Shown here: positions 10,333 to 20,333 of the stretch, one piece after another
Layout of the letters: each line of letters starts with the position of its first letter
Position numbering within the stretch: position 1 is the stretch's first letter
DNA from: Candidatus Buchananbacteria bacterium
Lineage (GTDB): Bacteria; Patescibacteriota; Patescibacteriia; Buchananbacterales; UBA6539
Direction: 5' to 3'
NCBI GenBank assembly: GCA_013359225.1
Contig: JABWCG010000001.1
Span: forward strand, 497,627 to 561,626
DNA: 64,000 bases
Program-made: the position numbers and the translations under genes
The notes under the pieces: generated by a model
Told to the model about the DNA's origin: nothing
What the model saw: only the letters and a program-made list of their open reading frames with translations
Databases searched by the model: none

Positions 10333-10887
10333 ATGAGAATCTATAAGATTGCCCTATTTATTGCCGTTTTTCTGGGACTACTGATCACGAGTTTTGTTCT
10401 GCTTAAAAAAGAAGCCGACGAACCGGAAATGCGCTATGACGTTACTGTCAACGACTTTTCGTCTTGCGCCGAGGCCGGCAATATCGTGTTGGAATCATAC
10501 CCCCGACAATGTAAAACAACTGACGGCCGAAGTTTCACCGAAGATATCGGCAACGCGCTTGAGAAAGAAAGTCTTATTCGGGCTTCTTCACCTCGGCCAA
10601 ATGATCTTATTACTAGTCCGGTAAAAATTTCCGGCGACGCTCGCGGCACTTGGTTTTTTGAAGCCAGCTTTCCCATTGTCCTGTTGGATGGTAACGGTGA
10701 TGTTGTTGTCCAGCATTTCGCCCAAGCCAAAACCGATTGGATGACTGAAAATTTTGTAGCGTTTGAGTCAGAAGTAGTGTTCACCAAACCAACCACCAAA
10801 AACGGATTGCTGATACTAAAAAAAGATAACCCGTCGGGTTTACCAGAATATGACGATGAATTAATAATCCCAATCCGTTTTGAATAG
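10333..10887 (+). CDS. Membrane-anchored Gmad2 Ig-like domain protein
   Basis: N-terminal TM helix, C-x-x-AG...ESYPRQC module, SPVKISGDARGTWFFEASFP...DNPSGLPE pattern common in CPR. Confidence 0.7.
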   Translation: MRIYKIALFIAVFLGLLITSFVLLKKEADEPEMRYDVTVNDFSSCAEAGNIVLESYPRQCKTTDGRSFTEDIGNALEKESLIRASSPRPNDLITSPVKISGDARGTWFFEASFPIVLLDGNGDVVVQHFAQAKTDWMTENFVAFESEVVFTKPTTKNGLLILKKDNPSGLPEYDDELIIPIRFE

Positions 10888-10904
10888 TGTAAGTAAATAA
10901 ATCT

Positions 10905-10992
10905 GGAGAGATCGCATAGTGGTCTAGTGCGCACGCTTGGAAAGCGTGTAACCCGCAAGGGTTCGGGGGTTCGAATCCCCCTCTCTCCGCCA
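10905..10992 (+). tRNA. tRNA-Ser(GGA), CCA encoded
   Basis: Acceptor stem GGAGAGA/TCTCTCC plus G-CCA, anticodon arm CACGC-TTGGAAA-GCGTG, long variable arm. Confidence 0.97.
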
Positions 10993-11031
10993 GGACAATT
11001 TTTTAAAAGGAGTCGGGGCAGAATTATACAT

Positions 11032-11478
11032 ATGAAAAAAACTACGCTTCATAATCAGTGGCTTGTTAAAGCGCCTGTCGAAGATGTATTCAGACTAATA
11101 ACAGACTTCGAACAATTTCCAAAGCATTTCCCGAAGGTTGCCAAATCAATACAAATCAAAAAACAAGAGGGAAATTATTTAGAGATGGATGCAATCGTGG
11201 GGTCATTTGGCAAAGAATTTCCAGTAAGAATGAAAACTGAAATCCTTTCCGGCAAAGGGTTTATTTCAGACAATGATAGTTTTAAGTTTGGAACTTCTGG
11301 GCATGAAGAGTTATTGCTTTCCAAACATCCAGACGGTACCTTAATTGATTACACCTATCGTGTTTCAATTCATAAGGCATGGCTAAGAATAGTTGCGACG
11401 CCATTGATCCGCTGGTATTCAATGAAGTATTGGGAAAAAGCTGTGATAAATGAATTAAAAAAGGCACTTGAAAAGTAG
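11032..11478 (+). CDS. SRPBCC/START-fold (polyketide cyclase-like) protein
   Basis: VKAPVEDVFRLITDFEQFPKHFP pattern with a C-terminal helix. Start moved to ATG 11032, past the tRNA. Confidence 0.7.
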   Translation: MKKTTLHNQWLVKAPVEDVFRLITDFEQFPKHFPKVAKSIQIKKQEGNYLEMDAIVGSFGKEFPVRMKTEILSGKGFISDNDSFKFGTSGHEELLLSKHPDGTLIDYTYRVSIHKAWLRIVATPLIRWYSMKYWEKAVINELKKALEK

Positions 11479-11541
11479 CTGTCTAAATTCTAAAATTTCC
11501 AACCTATTCTGCCTTATTCCTGAAAATTCTTATCAATCACC

Positions 11542-11898
11542 ATGAATGACAGCACTAAAACTATAACTTTTGAAGATTTTGAAAAAGTGGACATTCGCGT
11601 TGGGAAAATTATTGAAATCTCTGATTTCCCCGAAGCGCGCAAACCGGCATACAAGCTCAAAATTGATTTTGGTCCGCAAATCGGGATCAAACAATCAAGT
11701 GTACAGGCAGTGGGCGCTCATACGAAAGAAAATCTTCTCAATTCGCTAGTGTGCTGCGTGGTAAATTTTCCGCCCAAACAAGTGGGTCCGTTTCAGTCGC
11801 AGGTCCTTACTCTTGGCTTTAAAAATACCGCCGGTGACGGCTGGGTTCTGATTGAACCAAAAAGTGACACCATAACGCTGGGAAGTAAGTTAGCTTGA
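11542..11898 (+). CDS. csaA: tRNA-binding/export chaperone CsaA-like OB-fold protein
   Basis: DFEKVDIRVGKI, FPEARKPAYKLKIDFG, VVNFPPKQVG, SQVLTLG. Confidence 0.85.
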   Translation: MNDSTKTITFEDFEKVDIRVGKIIEISDFPEARKPAYKLKIDFGPQIGIKQSSVQAVGAHTKENLLNSLVCCVVNFPPKQVGPFQSQVLTLGFKNTAGDGWVLIEPKSDTITLGSKLA

Positions 11899-11932
11899 CT
11901 TCATCAGACACCCAAACGTATTTTCGTTTTAA

Positions 11933-11958
11933 AAAGCCCCGCTAGCAAGCGGGGCTTT
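11933..11958. terminator. Bidirectional intrinsic terminator
   Basis: AAAGCCCCGCT-AGCA-AGCGGGGCTTT between convergent genes. Confidence 0.8.
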
Positions 11959-11981
11959 AATGATATACAACCTTATACGGT

Positions 11982-12719
11982 TTAAAGCATTGAATCAATA
12001 ATTTGCTGGAAGGTGGCAATTGGATAAGCTCCCTTGACCAACTGATCATTAACGAAGGTTCCCGGAGTACCAGTAATACCAGCGGCTTGCGCTTCAGCGG
12101 CTTGCTGGTTAACTTTTCCGGCAAATTTACCAGTGTCTAAACAGCTGTCAAACTGAGACTGGTTTAAACCAAGCGTCTTGGCATAACCCTTAAGACTGGT
12201 CACATCCAAAGCACTTTGGTTAGCAAACATTAAATCATGCATTTCCCAAAACTTACCTTGTTCAGCAGCACATTCGGAAGCTTCAGCAGCTTTCTGGGCC
12301 TGCGGATGAATTGAATTGAGCGGGAAATGGCGGTAGACCAATCGAACGTCATCACCATATTGTTCAAGAACCTGTTCTAGCGTCGGCACGTGGCGCTGAC
12401 AGAACGGACACTGAAAATCGGAGTATTCAAGCAAAGTGATCTTTGCATTCTTATTGCCCTTGATATGGTCACTGTCTGTGACCGGAGCAGTTTTTGAAAC
12501 ATCTCCAGAAGCCTCTGGAGTTGGGGTCGGAGTTGGGGTCGGATTAACGTTGGCGTTAACTGCAACGTTAGTATTTTTGGCCGGAGCGTTATTGCTTGGT
12601 GATCCGCCGGCCAAAAGGACGACGAAACCAATAACGCTAACAATGGCAATCCCCCAACCAAGCCCTAAAACCAAACTCTGCTTAGACGACATATCAAAAA
12701 AATCTTTTTTGTCTGGCAT
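11982..12719 (-). CDS. Membrane-anchored DsbA-family thiol-disulfide oxidoreductase
   Basis: EYSDFQCPFC, YRHFPL, GTPG; TM helix and Pro/Thr linker. Confidence 0.9.
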   Translation of the reverse strand: MPDKKDFFDMSSKQSLVLGLGWGIAIVSVIGFVVLLAGGSPSNNAPAKNTNVAVNANVNPTPTPTPTPEASGDVSKTAPVTDSDHIKGNKNAKITLLEYSDFQCPFCQRHVPTLEQVLEQYGDDVRLVYRHFPLNSIHPQAQKAAEASECAAEQGKFWEMHDLMFANQSALDVTSLKGYAKTLGLNQSQFDSCLDTGKFAGKVNQQAAEAQAAGITGTPGTFVNDQLVKGAYPIATFQQIIDSML

Positions 12720-12786
12720 AATTTTTTTCTTAACTTGGTTAGTTAATTAATTATAAGTTACTTAATTGTACCAAAACCATTAAAAG

Positions 12787-14253
12787 CTAGTCAATTTTTG
12801 GCTTTCGCTTGTACCAATCGCACGCCTGCTCATAATTATACGCAGCTTTTAAGATTGTTGTTTCATCAAATTGCTTGCCAATCAACTGGAGTCCAACCGG
12901 CAGTTCCACCGCCCCGTCTTTAGGCTTAACAAATCCACACGGCACCGAAACAGCACAAACGCCCGCAATATTAACCGAAACCGTAAAAATATCGGCCAGG
13001 TACATTGTCAGTGGATCAGCAGTTTTTTCTCCAAGCCTAAACGCAACCGTCGGTGAAGTTGGCGTCAATAAACAGTCAACTTGCTCAAAAGCCCGGTCAA
13101 AATCCTGTTTAACCAGCGTTCTGACTTTCTGCGCCTTCAAATAATACGCATCATAATAACCGGAAGACAACGTATATGTTCCAAGCATAATTCGCCGTCT
13201 GATTTCCGCACCAAAACCCTGGGCTCTAGTTTCTAAATAATTATCAAGTAAATTTTTAGCATTGGCCGAATACCCGTAGCGAACACCGTCATACCGAGCG
13301 AGATTAGAACTTAACTCAGATGGCATAATAATATAGTACACTGCTAAACCGTACATCGCATGAGGCAAACTGACTTCCACCATTTCCGCACCTAAATCTT
13401 TTAACTTATCAATTGCTTTACGAACCGTTTTTTCCACTTCTGGATCCATACCATCAATAAAATATTCTTTCGGTACACCAATTTTAAGGCCTTTAATATC
13501 ACGTTTTATTTCTGAAGCGTAATCAGGAACCGGCACATCCAAAGTGGTTGAATCATACTCATCGCGACCAGCCAGCTGACCCAACAAAATCGCTGAATCC
13601 TCGACTGTCTTGGTTAGCGGTCCGACTTGGTCAAGTGAAGAAGCCATGGCAATAACTCCATAGCGCGATACTCGTCCATATGTCGGTTTTAAACCAACTA
13701 AGTTCGTTAAAGCAGCCGGTTGCCTGATTGAACCACCAGTATCAGTACCAAGCGAATAAATACATTGATGGGAGGCTGTTGCCGCAACCGAACCGCCGGA
13801 GCTACCACCTGGTACCCGCTCCAAATCCCAAGGATTTTTCGTTTTGGCAAAATATGAAGTTTCTGTTGAAGAACCACAGGCAAATTCGTCCATGTTGACC
13901 TTGCCTAGCATCACGCCAGATTGCTCCTGAATTTTTTCAATCACGGTCGCGGAATATGGCGGGATGTAATTCTCTAAAATTTTTGAGCTACAAGTCGTTC
14001 GCACGCCCTTGGTGCAAAAAATATCTTTGGCGGCATACGGAATTCCCGTTAACGGTTTTGAAAAATCTGCCCTCTGGTCGGCCTCCTTAGCCTGCGCCAA
14101 TGCCGAATCTTCAGTCAACGTCAAAAAAGCCTCAATTTTTTTATCGGTCTTTTTGATTTCGTCAAAACAAGCTTTAGTCAGCTCAACACTGCTAAATTCT
14201 TTTTTTTGCAAACCACTGCTTGCTTGAGCAATTGTTAATTCGTTAAGCTTCAT
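12787..14253 (-). CDS. gatA: Asp/Glu-tRNA amidotransferase subunit A
   Basis: Amidase signature [28 protein letters not shown]. Confidence 0.97.
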   Translation of the reverse strand: MKLNELTIAQASSGLQKKEFSSVELTKACFDEIKKTDKKIEAFLTLTEDSALAQAKEADQRADFSKPLTGIPYAAKDIFCTKGVRTTCSSKILENYIPPYSATVIEKIQEQSGVMLGKVNMDEFACGSSTETSYFAKTKNPWDLERVPGGSSGGSVAATASHQCIYSLGTDTGGSIRQPAALTNLVGLKPTYGRVSRYGVIAMASSLDQVGPLTKTVEDSAILLGQLAGRDEYDSTTLDVPVPDYASEIKRDIKGLKIGVPKEYFIDGMDPEVEKTVRKAIDKLKDLGAEMVEVSLPHAMYGLAVYYIIMPSELSSNLARYDGVRYGYSANAKNLLDNYLETRAQGFGAEIRRRIMLGTYTLSSGYYDAYYLKAQKVRTLVKQDFDRAFEQVDCLLTPTSPTVAFRLGEKTADPLTMYLADIFTVSVNIAGVCAVSVPCGFVKPKDGAVELPVGLQLIGKQFDETTILKAAYNYEQACDWYKRKPKID

Positions 14254-14254
14254 C

Positions 14255-14545
14255 TTAAAAAACTGATTTAGTTCTGATCAAATTATCTTCAGAGTCCGGT
14301 GCCAACTGAATCATCTGCCCCCGGGCTTTTTTATCAAACTCTTTAACCTCATCAGGGCGCATCACATTTTCCAGACCGGTCACCTGGGCGGTTGGTTCAA
14401 CGCCGGTTGTATCAATCTTTTGCAACTGTTCAACATACTCCAAAATCGAAGAAAGCTGAGCAGTAAACTTCTCAACCTCTTGATCATTCAAACCAAGTCT
14501 GGCTAAATGAGCGATGTGTTTTACTTCTTGGGCCGTTAAAGACAT
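14255..14545 (-). CDS. gatC: Asp/Glu-tRNA amidotransferase subunit C
   Basis: [19 protein letters not shown]; directly upstream of gatA. Confidence 0.95.
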   Translation of the reverse strand: MSLTAQEVKHIAHLARLGLNDQEVEKFTAQLSSILEYVEQLQKIDTTGVEPTAQVTGLENVMRPDEVKEFDKKARGQMIQLAPDSEDNLIRTKSVF

Positions 14546-14570
14546 AAATAAAGCTTTTTATTACCTCTAT

Positions 14571-14599
14571 AGTATATAGACAAATACCTGGATTGGCAA
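14571..14599 (-). promoter_or_regulatory. Putative sigma70 promoter of gatCA
   Basis: TTGCCA-N17-TATACT. Confidence 0.55.
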
Positions 14600-14607
14600 G
14601 CCTGTTT

Positions 14608-16644
14608 TTAGGCTCTAGATTCAAGCAAATCAAGCAATTCATCCTCGGAAATCACCCGAACTCCCAAGGCCTTAGCTTTGGCCAATTTTGAGCCTGGCGC
14701 CTCGCCAGCCACTACATAATCGGTGTGTTTAGAAACAGCCGACACCCAGTCACCGCCCGCGGCCCTGATTCGTTCTTTGACTTCGTCGCGACTCATTGAA
14801 GCGAGGGTCCCGGTGACCACAATTTTTTTACCCATCAGCTTTGTGGCGGTTACTCTCTTTTCCGGCGAAGTGATTTTTACACCCAAAGCCAACAATTCAG
14901 AAATTAATTTTTGATTTTCTTTCTCCTGAAACCATTGATAGATGCTTTGGGTCACTACCGGACCAATATCCGGCAATGCCTCAAGGTCCTGCCGCTTGGA
15001 AGACGCTATTTTTTCAATCGAACCAAAATGCTTAGCCAAATCAATTGCGGTCTCCTCGCCGACATGCTGGATACCCAACGCGTAGATGAACCGAGCTAAT
15101 GGTATATTTTTTGCCCGATTAATTGCTGTAACCAGATTGTCAGCCGATTTGTCAGCAAAGCGTTCTAGACTAACCAAATCGTCTTTTTCCAGCCGAAAAA
15201 TATCGGCCGGGGTTTTTAACAAACCCTCCTCCATTAACTGAGCAATAATCTTTTCCCCCAGGCCATCAATATTAAATGCCTTCTTGGACACAAAATGGAC
15301 CATGCGACGCTGCTGCTGAGCAAAACATTTTGGATTGCTACAGTACCAATCAACGCTTTGAGTTTCACCTTTTTGAGAAATCTTTTTTTGCTCTACTGCA
15401 AAACCACACTCCGGACACCGCCGAGGCATCTTAAACGGTTTTTCACCGCCGGTTCTCATTTTATCCAAAACCGAAACAACTTCGGGAATAATATCGCCGG
15501 CCTTTCTGATAACCACCGTGTCACCAATTTTTACGCCCAAGCGCTTGATTTGATCTTCATTATGAAGTGTTGCCCGCTTAACCGTCGTACCGGCCAATTT
15601 AACCGGGCGCAAATGAGCTACCGGCGTCAAAGTGCCCAAGCGGCCAACCTGAACCTGAATGTCTTCAATAACCGTAGTCACTTCCTCGGCCGGAAACTTA
15701 TACGCCACCGCCCAACGCGGTGCCTTGCCGACATATCCCAATTGCCGCTGTAAATCAACATCGTTAATTTTTACGACAACTCCGTCAATCCAATACGGCT
15801 CGGCCGCACGGCGGTGCTGCCATTGATCATGAAACGCCAAAACGTCTTTTAAATTTTTACAAATTTTATAATGTGGATTTACCTTAAAACCCAATTTTTT
15901 CAATGCCTCAAGTTCGTCGCGCTGGGTTGTTGGTCGTAATTCTTTGCCGCCCGACCAATCATAGACAAAACAATCAAGTTTGCGCTGAGCAACCACTTTC
16001 GGATCAAGTTGACGGATTGTTCCGGCAGCCGCATTGCGCGGGTTGGCAAACTCAGGCAGACCGTCGCGAAGGCGCTGTTTATTGATTTCCACCAATTGTT
16101 TTTCGCTCAACCAAATTTCTCCCTCAACAATCACATCAACAGGCTTAGTAAGTTTAAGCGGAATGCTTTGAATCGTTTTAATATTCTGAGTCACATCTTC
16201 GCCGATCAAACCGTCGCCCCTGGTGGCCGCAACCTTCAACAAACCTTTTTCGTATGTTAACACCACGTGCAATCCGTCAATCTTTAACTCACAAACATAC
16301 TCCAACTCCAAACCGGAATTGCCAGATTTCTCTAAAATTTTTAAGCTACGTTCTTCCCAATCGCGTAACTCACTTTCTGAAAACACGTCATTAAAAGACC
16401 ATTGTCGAACTTGATGTTCCACTTTAGTAAATTTGTCCAGCGGCTTGCCGCCGATTCGAGATAACGGTGAATCATCACGCTTGAGTTCCGGAAACTGTTT
16501 TTCCAATCCTGCCAATTCCCGCTGTAATGAATCATAAATTGCATCAGTAACTGTCGGATCATCCAAAACGTGATAGCGGTAACGCAAATCATCAATCTGC
16601 TCAACCAGCTTATCAATTCTTTTTTTTGCCGTTTGTTTATCCAT
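14608..16644 (-). CDS. ligA: NAD-dependent DNA ligase
   Basis: ELKIDG, ATRGDG, NPRNAAAG, Zn finger CPECG...C-x4-C, HhH motifs, C-terminal BRCT. Confidence 0.97.
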   Translation of the reverse strand: MDKQTAKKRIDKLVEQIDDLRYRYHVLDDPTVTDAIYDSLQRELAGLEKQFPELKRDDSPLSRIGGKPLDKFTKVEHQVRQWSFNDVFSESELRDWEERSLKILEKSGNSGLELEYVCELKIDGLHVVLTYEKGLLKVAATRGDGLIGEDVTQNIKTIQSIPLKLTKPVDVIVEGEIWLSEKQLVEINKQRLRDGLPEFANPRNAAAGTIRQLDPKVVAQRKLDCFVYDWSGGKELRPTTQRDELEALKKLGFKVNPHYKICKNLKDVLAFHDQWQHRRAAEPYWIDGVVVKINDVDLQRQLGYVGKAPRWAVAYKFPAEEVTTVIEDIQVQVGRLGTLTPVAHLRPVKLAGTTVKRATLHNEDQIKRLGVKIGDTVVIRKAGDIIPEVVSVLDKMRTGGEKPFKMPRRCPECGFAVEQKKISQKGETQSVDWYCSNPKCFAQQQRRMVHFVSKKAFNIDGLGEKIIAQLMEEGLLKTPADIFRLEKDDLVSLERFADKSADNLVTAINRAKNIPLARFIYALGIQHVGEETAIDLAKHFGSIEKIASSKRQDLEALPDIGPVVTQSIYQWFQEKENQKLISELLALGVKITSPEKRVTATKLMGKKIVVTGTLASMSRDEVKERIRAAGGDWVSAVSKHTDYVVAGEAPGSKLAKAKALGVRVISEDELLDLLESRA

Positions 16645-16646
16645 AC

Positions 16647-17579
16647 TTATTTCACAATTTCTTCTTCTGAGAAAATCACAAAGTCGTACAGTCCGGAAAG
16701 CGGCGGCCTAATCGGCGTACGCACTTTAAGCTCTTGGTGCGAACTGCCAAAATCAGCCTGAGAGTTGATAATCAACCGGCTTGGAATATCAAGCCGATTA
16801 CTAATCGGATCAACATCAGTTGCCTTATTAAAAATTGACAAGTTAAACTGCCCGGCCGCGGCATCCGGCAAAATTGAATTACTTACCCTTAGAATATATG
16901 AACAATTCGGATTAATCGACGGGTCGCCGCTATAAACATTCACTAAATAGGTTGAAGATCCGCTACTGTTGATAATAATATCTCCGCGAGTAATCGCCGG
17001 CTCAGGCGGCGTAAATACGTTTGGATTGCAGTCCAGCGTCCCGCCGACTAGCCAGGTGACATTGCTTAATTCAGCTGCCAGCGTACTGCCTGGCGTGCCG
17101 GTTATTTCAAAAGATTCCATTCCGACTTCAAAACCAGCCACCTGATATGGATTGAATAAATCAATTTGGAATGATTCGCCAATATTCAAAAAAATTGAGA
17201 CTTGCTTTTCATTAGTTACTGCAATATCCCACTGCCCGGGCAAGCCGGATAAGTTGCCCTCGTTTAAACTAATACATGGCACCGAATTACTGGGCGTAGT
17301 CAACGAACAGTACCCGGTAATCTGGCAAGTGGAGCCGGACTGAATTTTTGAGCAGTCTTCGGGTTTGACCGCTTCCTTGCGTCTTGTTTCATATAGCGCG
17401 CGTTCGGCACCACTTTCGGCCAAATAATATGATTGAATCGACTGATCAATCAGTCGGGATTGCCGAATTTCACTAATAATCAAATTACTAAAAACAACCG
17501 CCGTCGCTAATACCGAGGCGATAATTAAGATAGCCAGAATTAATACCATGCCCGATTGTTTTTTTTCTGTTCTTGCCAT
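16647..17579 (-). CDS. PilX-like minor pilin
   Basis: QSG|MVLILAIL cleavage site without Glu5; YYLAESGAERALY motif. Confidence 0.7.
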   Translation of the reverse strand: MARTEKKQSGMVLILAILIIASVLATAVVFSNLIISEIRQSRLIDQSIQSYYLAESGAERALYETRRKEAVKPEDCSKIQSGSTCQITGYCSLTTPSNSVPCISLNEGNLSGLPGQWDIAVTNEKQVSIFLNIGESFQIDLFNPYQVAGFEVGMESFEITGTPGSTLAAELSNVTWLVGGTLDCNPNVFTPPEPAITRGDIIINSSGSSTYLVNVYSGDPSINPNCSYILRVSNSILPDAAAGQFNLSIFNKATDVDPISNRLDIPSRLIINSQADFGSSHQELKVRTPIRPPLSGLYDFVIFSEEEIVK

Positions 17580-17582
17580 AGC

Positions 17583-18338
17583 TTAACGCTTATACACACG
17601 GCTTGATGTCGTGGTTTGAAGGAAAATTCTTTTTTGATCTTCAGGTTTGCCGCCAACTGATTCAAACCCCAAAACCATTGTTACCCTCGGCTGGACATCA
17701 AACGGCAAACAAAGACCGAGGTTGTCGTCGGCGCCTCCCAATGCGGCGTCATCGCAGCTTTGTGTCCCGCATGAAGACAACACATCAGCGTCCGGGTTAC
17801 AAATGCAAAATCCCGTCAGACCGGAATTATCATTGACCGTACAACTGATTGTATTGTTCAAACAGCCATTCGCCGCCGGTTTTAATGAGTCGTTGCACCT
17901 TTCCTCGGCAAACGGATTTGTCACCGGATCAATATAAAAACGCAGGCTGACAATTTTTACTTCATTAACATCAGTCATTGCCGACTCCTGGCCATTTGCT
18001 AATAATTTCACTTCGCCGCCGGATAAATAAAAAATATAATTATTGCCGTCCTGATCAATCAACGACAATTCTTGTTCAAAACCGGCAATCCCGGTTTCAC
18101 CATCGCCGTCATATACATAACTATAATCAATTTCCGATGTCCGGATTTTACGGACAATCGTCTCGGCAACATACCGCAAATTTGCCAGGGTCTGCTGGCG
18201 AAGTGAAGACTGGCGCTGAGAATTAAGCGCCAATAAAAAAACATTTACAATCACCACCATTAGTATCGAAAAAATACCAAGAACAACTAGCATCTCAATC
18301 AGGGTGAACCCTTGGTTTTTTTGTTTATTTCCACTCAT
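17583..18338 (-). CDS. Prepilin-type minor pilin (PilW/PulJ-like) with Cys-rich insert
   Basis: QG|FTLIEMLVV; C-terminal QPRVT...LQTTTSSR. Confidence 0.8.
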   Translation of the reverse strand: MSGNKQKNQGFTLIEMLVVLGIFSILMVVIVNVFLLALNSQRQSSLRQQTLANLRYVAETIVRKIRTSEIDYSYVYDGDGETGIAGFEQELSLIDQDGNNYIFYLSGGEVKLLANGQESAMTDVNEVKIVSLRFYIDPVTNPFAEERCNDSLKPAANGCLNNTISCTVNDNSGLTGFCICNPDADVLSSCGTQSCDDAALGGADDNLGLCLPFDVQPRVTMVLGFESVGGKPEDQKRIFLQTTTSSRVYKR

Positions 18339-18891
18339 ACATCAAAGCTTCAACGGCGACTTGGCGGTTTCGACCGCTTTCCTGCCAGGTCACGACTGAC
18401 CGCGCCTTAAGGCCAATTTTCTGTTCGCCGCTGTCACAACTGGTTTTAATTAAATCTTCGCCATCACTATTTTGACAAATTGATTGTAAACCAATTCTTC
18501 GAGAAAATAAGGAAGGTTGACCAAGCGCCGGATCGTGGCTGTAAACACCGCTTGTTGAGAGGTACAGCCGATCTTTACCTGGCACAATATTAAAATCTAG
18601 CTCCCAGCTGTTATTAGCCTCACTAAAAACGACCAGCGCTTCCGAACCGCCAACAAGACCAGCATCCCAATTAGTGCCGGAAAGCCAATTAGAATCTCTG
18701 ATATTTCTAATAACTTCAAGACCTTCACGCGCCAAATTATTACCAACAACTTGCAGTTCGCTTTGGCGCTGGCCAATCACATTTGAGGTCGTCAGAGCTA
18801 ATACCGCCGAAACAACCATAACCATAATTCCAATAGCAAAAACAGCTTCTAATAATCCCTGGCCTCTTTGCTGTTTAATCCCGACGGTCAT
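18325..18891 (-). CDS. Prepilin-type minor pilin (PilV-like)
   Basis: RG|QGLLEAVFA, LAREGLEVIRNIRD, VTW...LMYEWK. Confidence 0.75.
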   Translation of the reverse strand: MTVGIKQQRGQGLLEAVFAIGIMVMVVSAVLALTTSNVIGQRQSELQVVGNNLAREGLEVIRNIRDSNWLSGTNWDAGLVGGSEALVVFSEANNSWELDFNIVPGKDRLYLSTSGVYSHDPALGQPSLFSRRIGLQSICQNSDGEDLIKTSCDSGEQKIGLKARSVVTWQESGRNRQVAVEALMYEWK

Positions 18892-19480
18892 ATAAATTTC
18901 CGGTTACGCCCCCGCTCAACAATGAAACCATAAAAAATGCCTGCTGATTAGTACGGGAACTTTTTATTACCCCTCCAATATGCTTAAAATCGCTGCCGGC
19001 GTCATAATTGGCGACTGCGCCGCCAGTCTCGTCAAAAATTACTTCCAAATAATTGCCCGCGTCTTCCCAGCCGCTTTGACACGGTAATGTCGTAATCTCG
19101 TCAGTAACCGCACCACATAAATCAATGAGGGTAATATCTTTAAAATTAAGCGTTTGTGCTGGAATCAATTCACCATCCGAAAAACCGTTTGCTGACTGAT
19201 CTAAAGCTGCATACATCTGCGCCGTACTAGGCGAATTCAAATTCAAATAAACACCATATCCACCGTCAGGAAAAGACTGATTAGCTAATAGCTGACCCCC
19301 CAAACTGTAGTTACGAGCGACTTTAAAAAGATTAACTAGCCGCTTGTTTGAAACGTCAATCTCGCCGCTGAATTGCGCTGTCCGAAAATTAGCCAGCACA
19401 TAGCTAAACATAATAATGATGATAACAGCCGCCACCATCAGATCAATAAGCGTAAATCCGCGCGAAGTAGTCTGTTTCAT
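18875..19480 (-). CDS. Prepilin-type minor pilin (FimT/PulH-like)
   Basis: RG|FTLIDLMVA (Asp at position 5), GGYGVY motif. Confidence 0.7.
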   Translation of the reverse strand: MKQTTSRGFTLIDLMVAAVIIIIMFSYVLANFRTAQFSGEIDVSNKRLVNLFKVARNYSLGGQLLANQSFPDGGYGVYLNLNSPSTAQMYAALDQSANGFSDGELIPAQTLNFKDITLIDLCGAVTDEITTLPCQSGWEDAGNYLEVIFDETGGAVANYDAGSDFKHIGGVIKSSRTNQQAFFMVSLLSGGVTGNLYDRRD

Positions 19481-20232
19481 CGATAGAATAAATTAAAATA
19501 CCAATTAATTAATTCCCGGCCGTACAGCATGGTAATAAAGGTTGCTAATGTTAAAAACGGACCAAATGGAACTTCCGAAGACATTTTCTTTTTTTTCAAC
19601 ATCATTAAAAAGACGCCAACTGTCGCGCCAGTCAAATAAGCAATAAACAAGGCAACAAGTACAAATTTCCAGCCAAGCATTAATCCCATTACTGCACCGA
19701 GCCTGATATCTCCATCACCAACCCATCGTCCGCCTGAAATAAAATACTGGGCTGCAAAAAAACCGGCACCTATTGCGGACCCCAATAGCAAATCCGCAAG
19801 CCCGGCCCCAAGATAGATATTCCCCAAAAATGCCACAATCATCGCCGGAACGCTCACCCGGTCCAAAATCAAATAATGCTTCAGGTCATAAACAAATAAA
19901 ACCATCAAAAAAGAGGAGAAAACTGAATAAATAAAAAATTTAGCACCCAAACCAAACACTGTATAAATCCAAACAAACATCAAAGCAGTGGCTAATTCAA
20001 CCATGGGGTACTGCCAAGAAATTGATTGATGACAATTTCGGCACCGTCCGCGCAAAATGATAAAACTAATAACCGGGATGTTGTCATACCAATTTATCTG
20101 ATATTTGCATTTTGGGCACTCTGACCGTCCGGACCAAAAAGATTTTTTTTTGCCAAGCCGAGCAATAACAACGTTCAAAAAACTACCGATAATCAAACCA
20201 AAAATAAATAATATAGACTCAAACATACTCAT
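19477..20232 (-). CDS. pilD: Prepilin peptidase (A24); start may be ATG 20226
   Basis: GSFLNVV, RSECPKC, RGRCRNC, YP.VE, D-LKH, GDGD, PFGPFL. Confidence 0.93.
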   Translation of the reverse strand: MSMFESILFIFGLIIGSFLNVVIARLGKKKSFWSGRSECPKCKYQINWYDNIPVISFIILRGRCRNCHQSISWQYPMVELATALMFVWIYTVFGLGAKFFIYSVFSSFLMVLFVYDLKHYLILDRVSVPAMIVAFLGNIYLGAGLADLLLGSAIGAGFFAAQYFISGGRWVGDGDIRLGAVMGLMLGWKFVLVALFIAYLTGATVGVFLMMLKKKKMSSEVPFGPFLTLATFITMLYGRELINWYFNLFYR

Positions 20233-20271
20233 ATTTTACCCTAAAAACCACCTTTCAAGCAAATAAGAAAC

Positions 20272-20304
20272 AATTAGGGCCTTGCTATCTAGCAAGGCCC
20301 TAAT
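20272..20304 (-). terminator. Intrinsic terminator after pilin
   Basis: AATTAGGGCCTTGCTA-T-(C)TAGCAAGGCCCTAATT long perfect hairpin followed by a T-rich tract on the minus strand. Confidence 0.8.
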
Positions 20305-20333
20305 TTAGGAAAGTCAAACCATTGTCAGGCTAT

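Noticed and set aside
10993-11898. Island integrated at tRNA-Ser(GGA)
   Set aside because: I saw no duplicated tRNA 3' end and no integrase.
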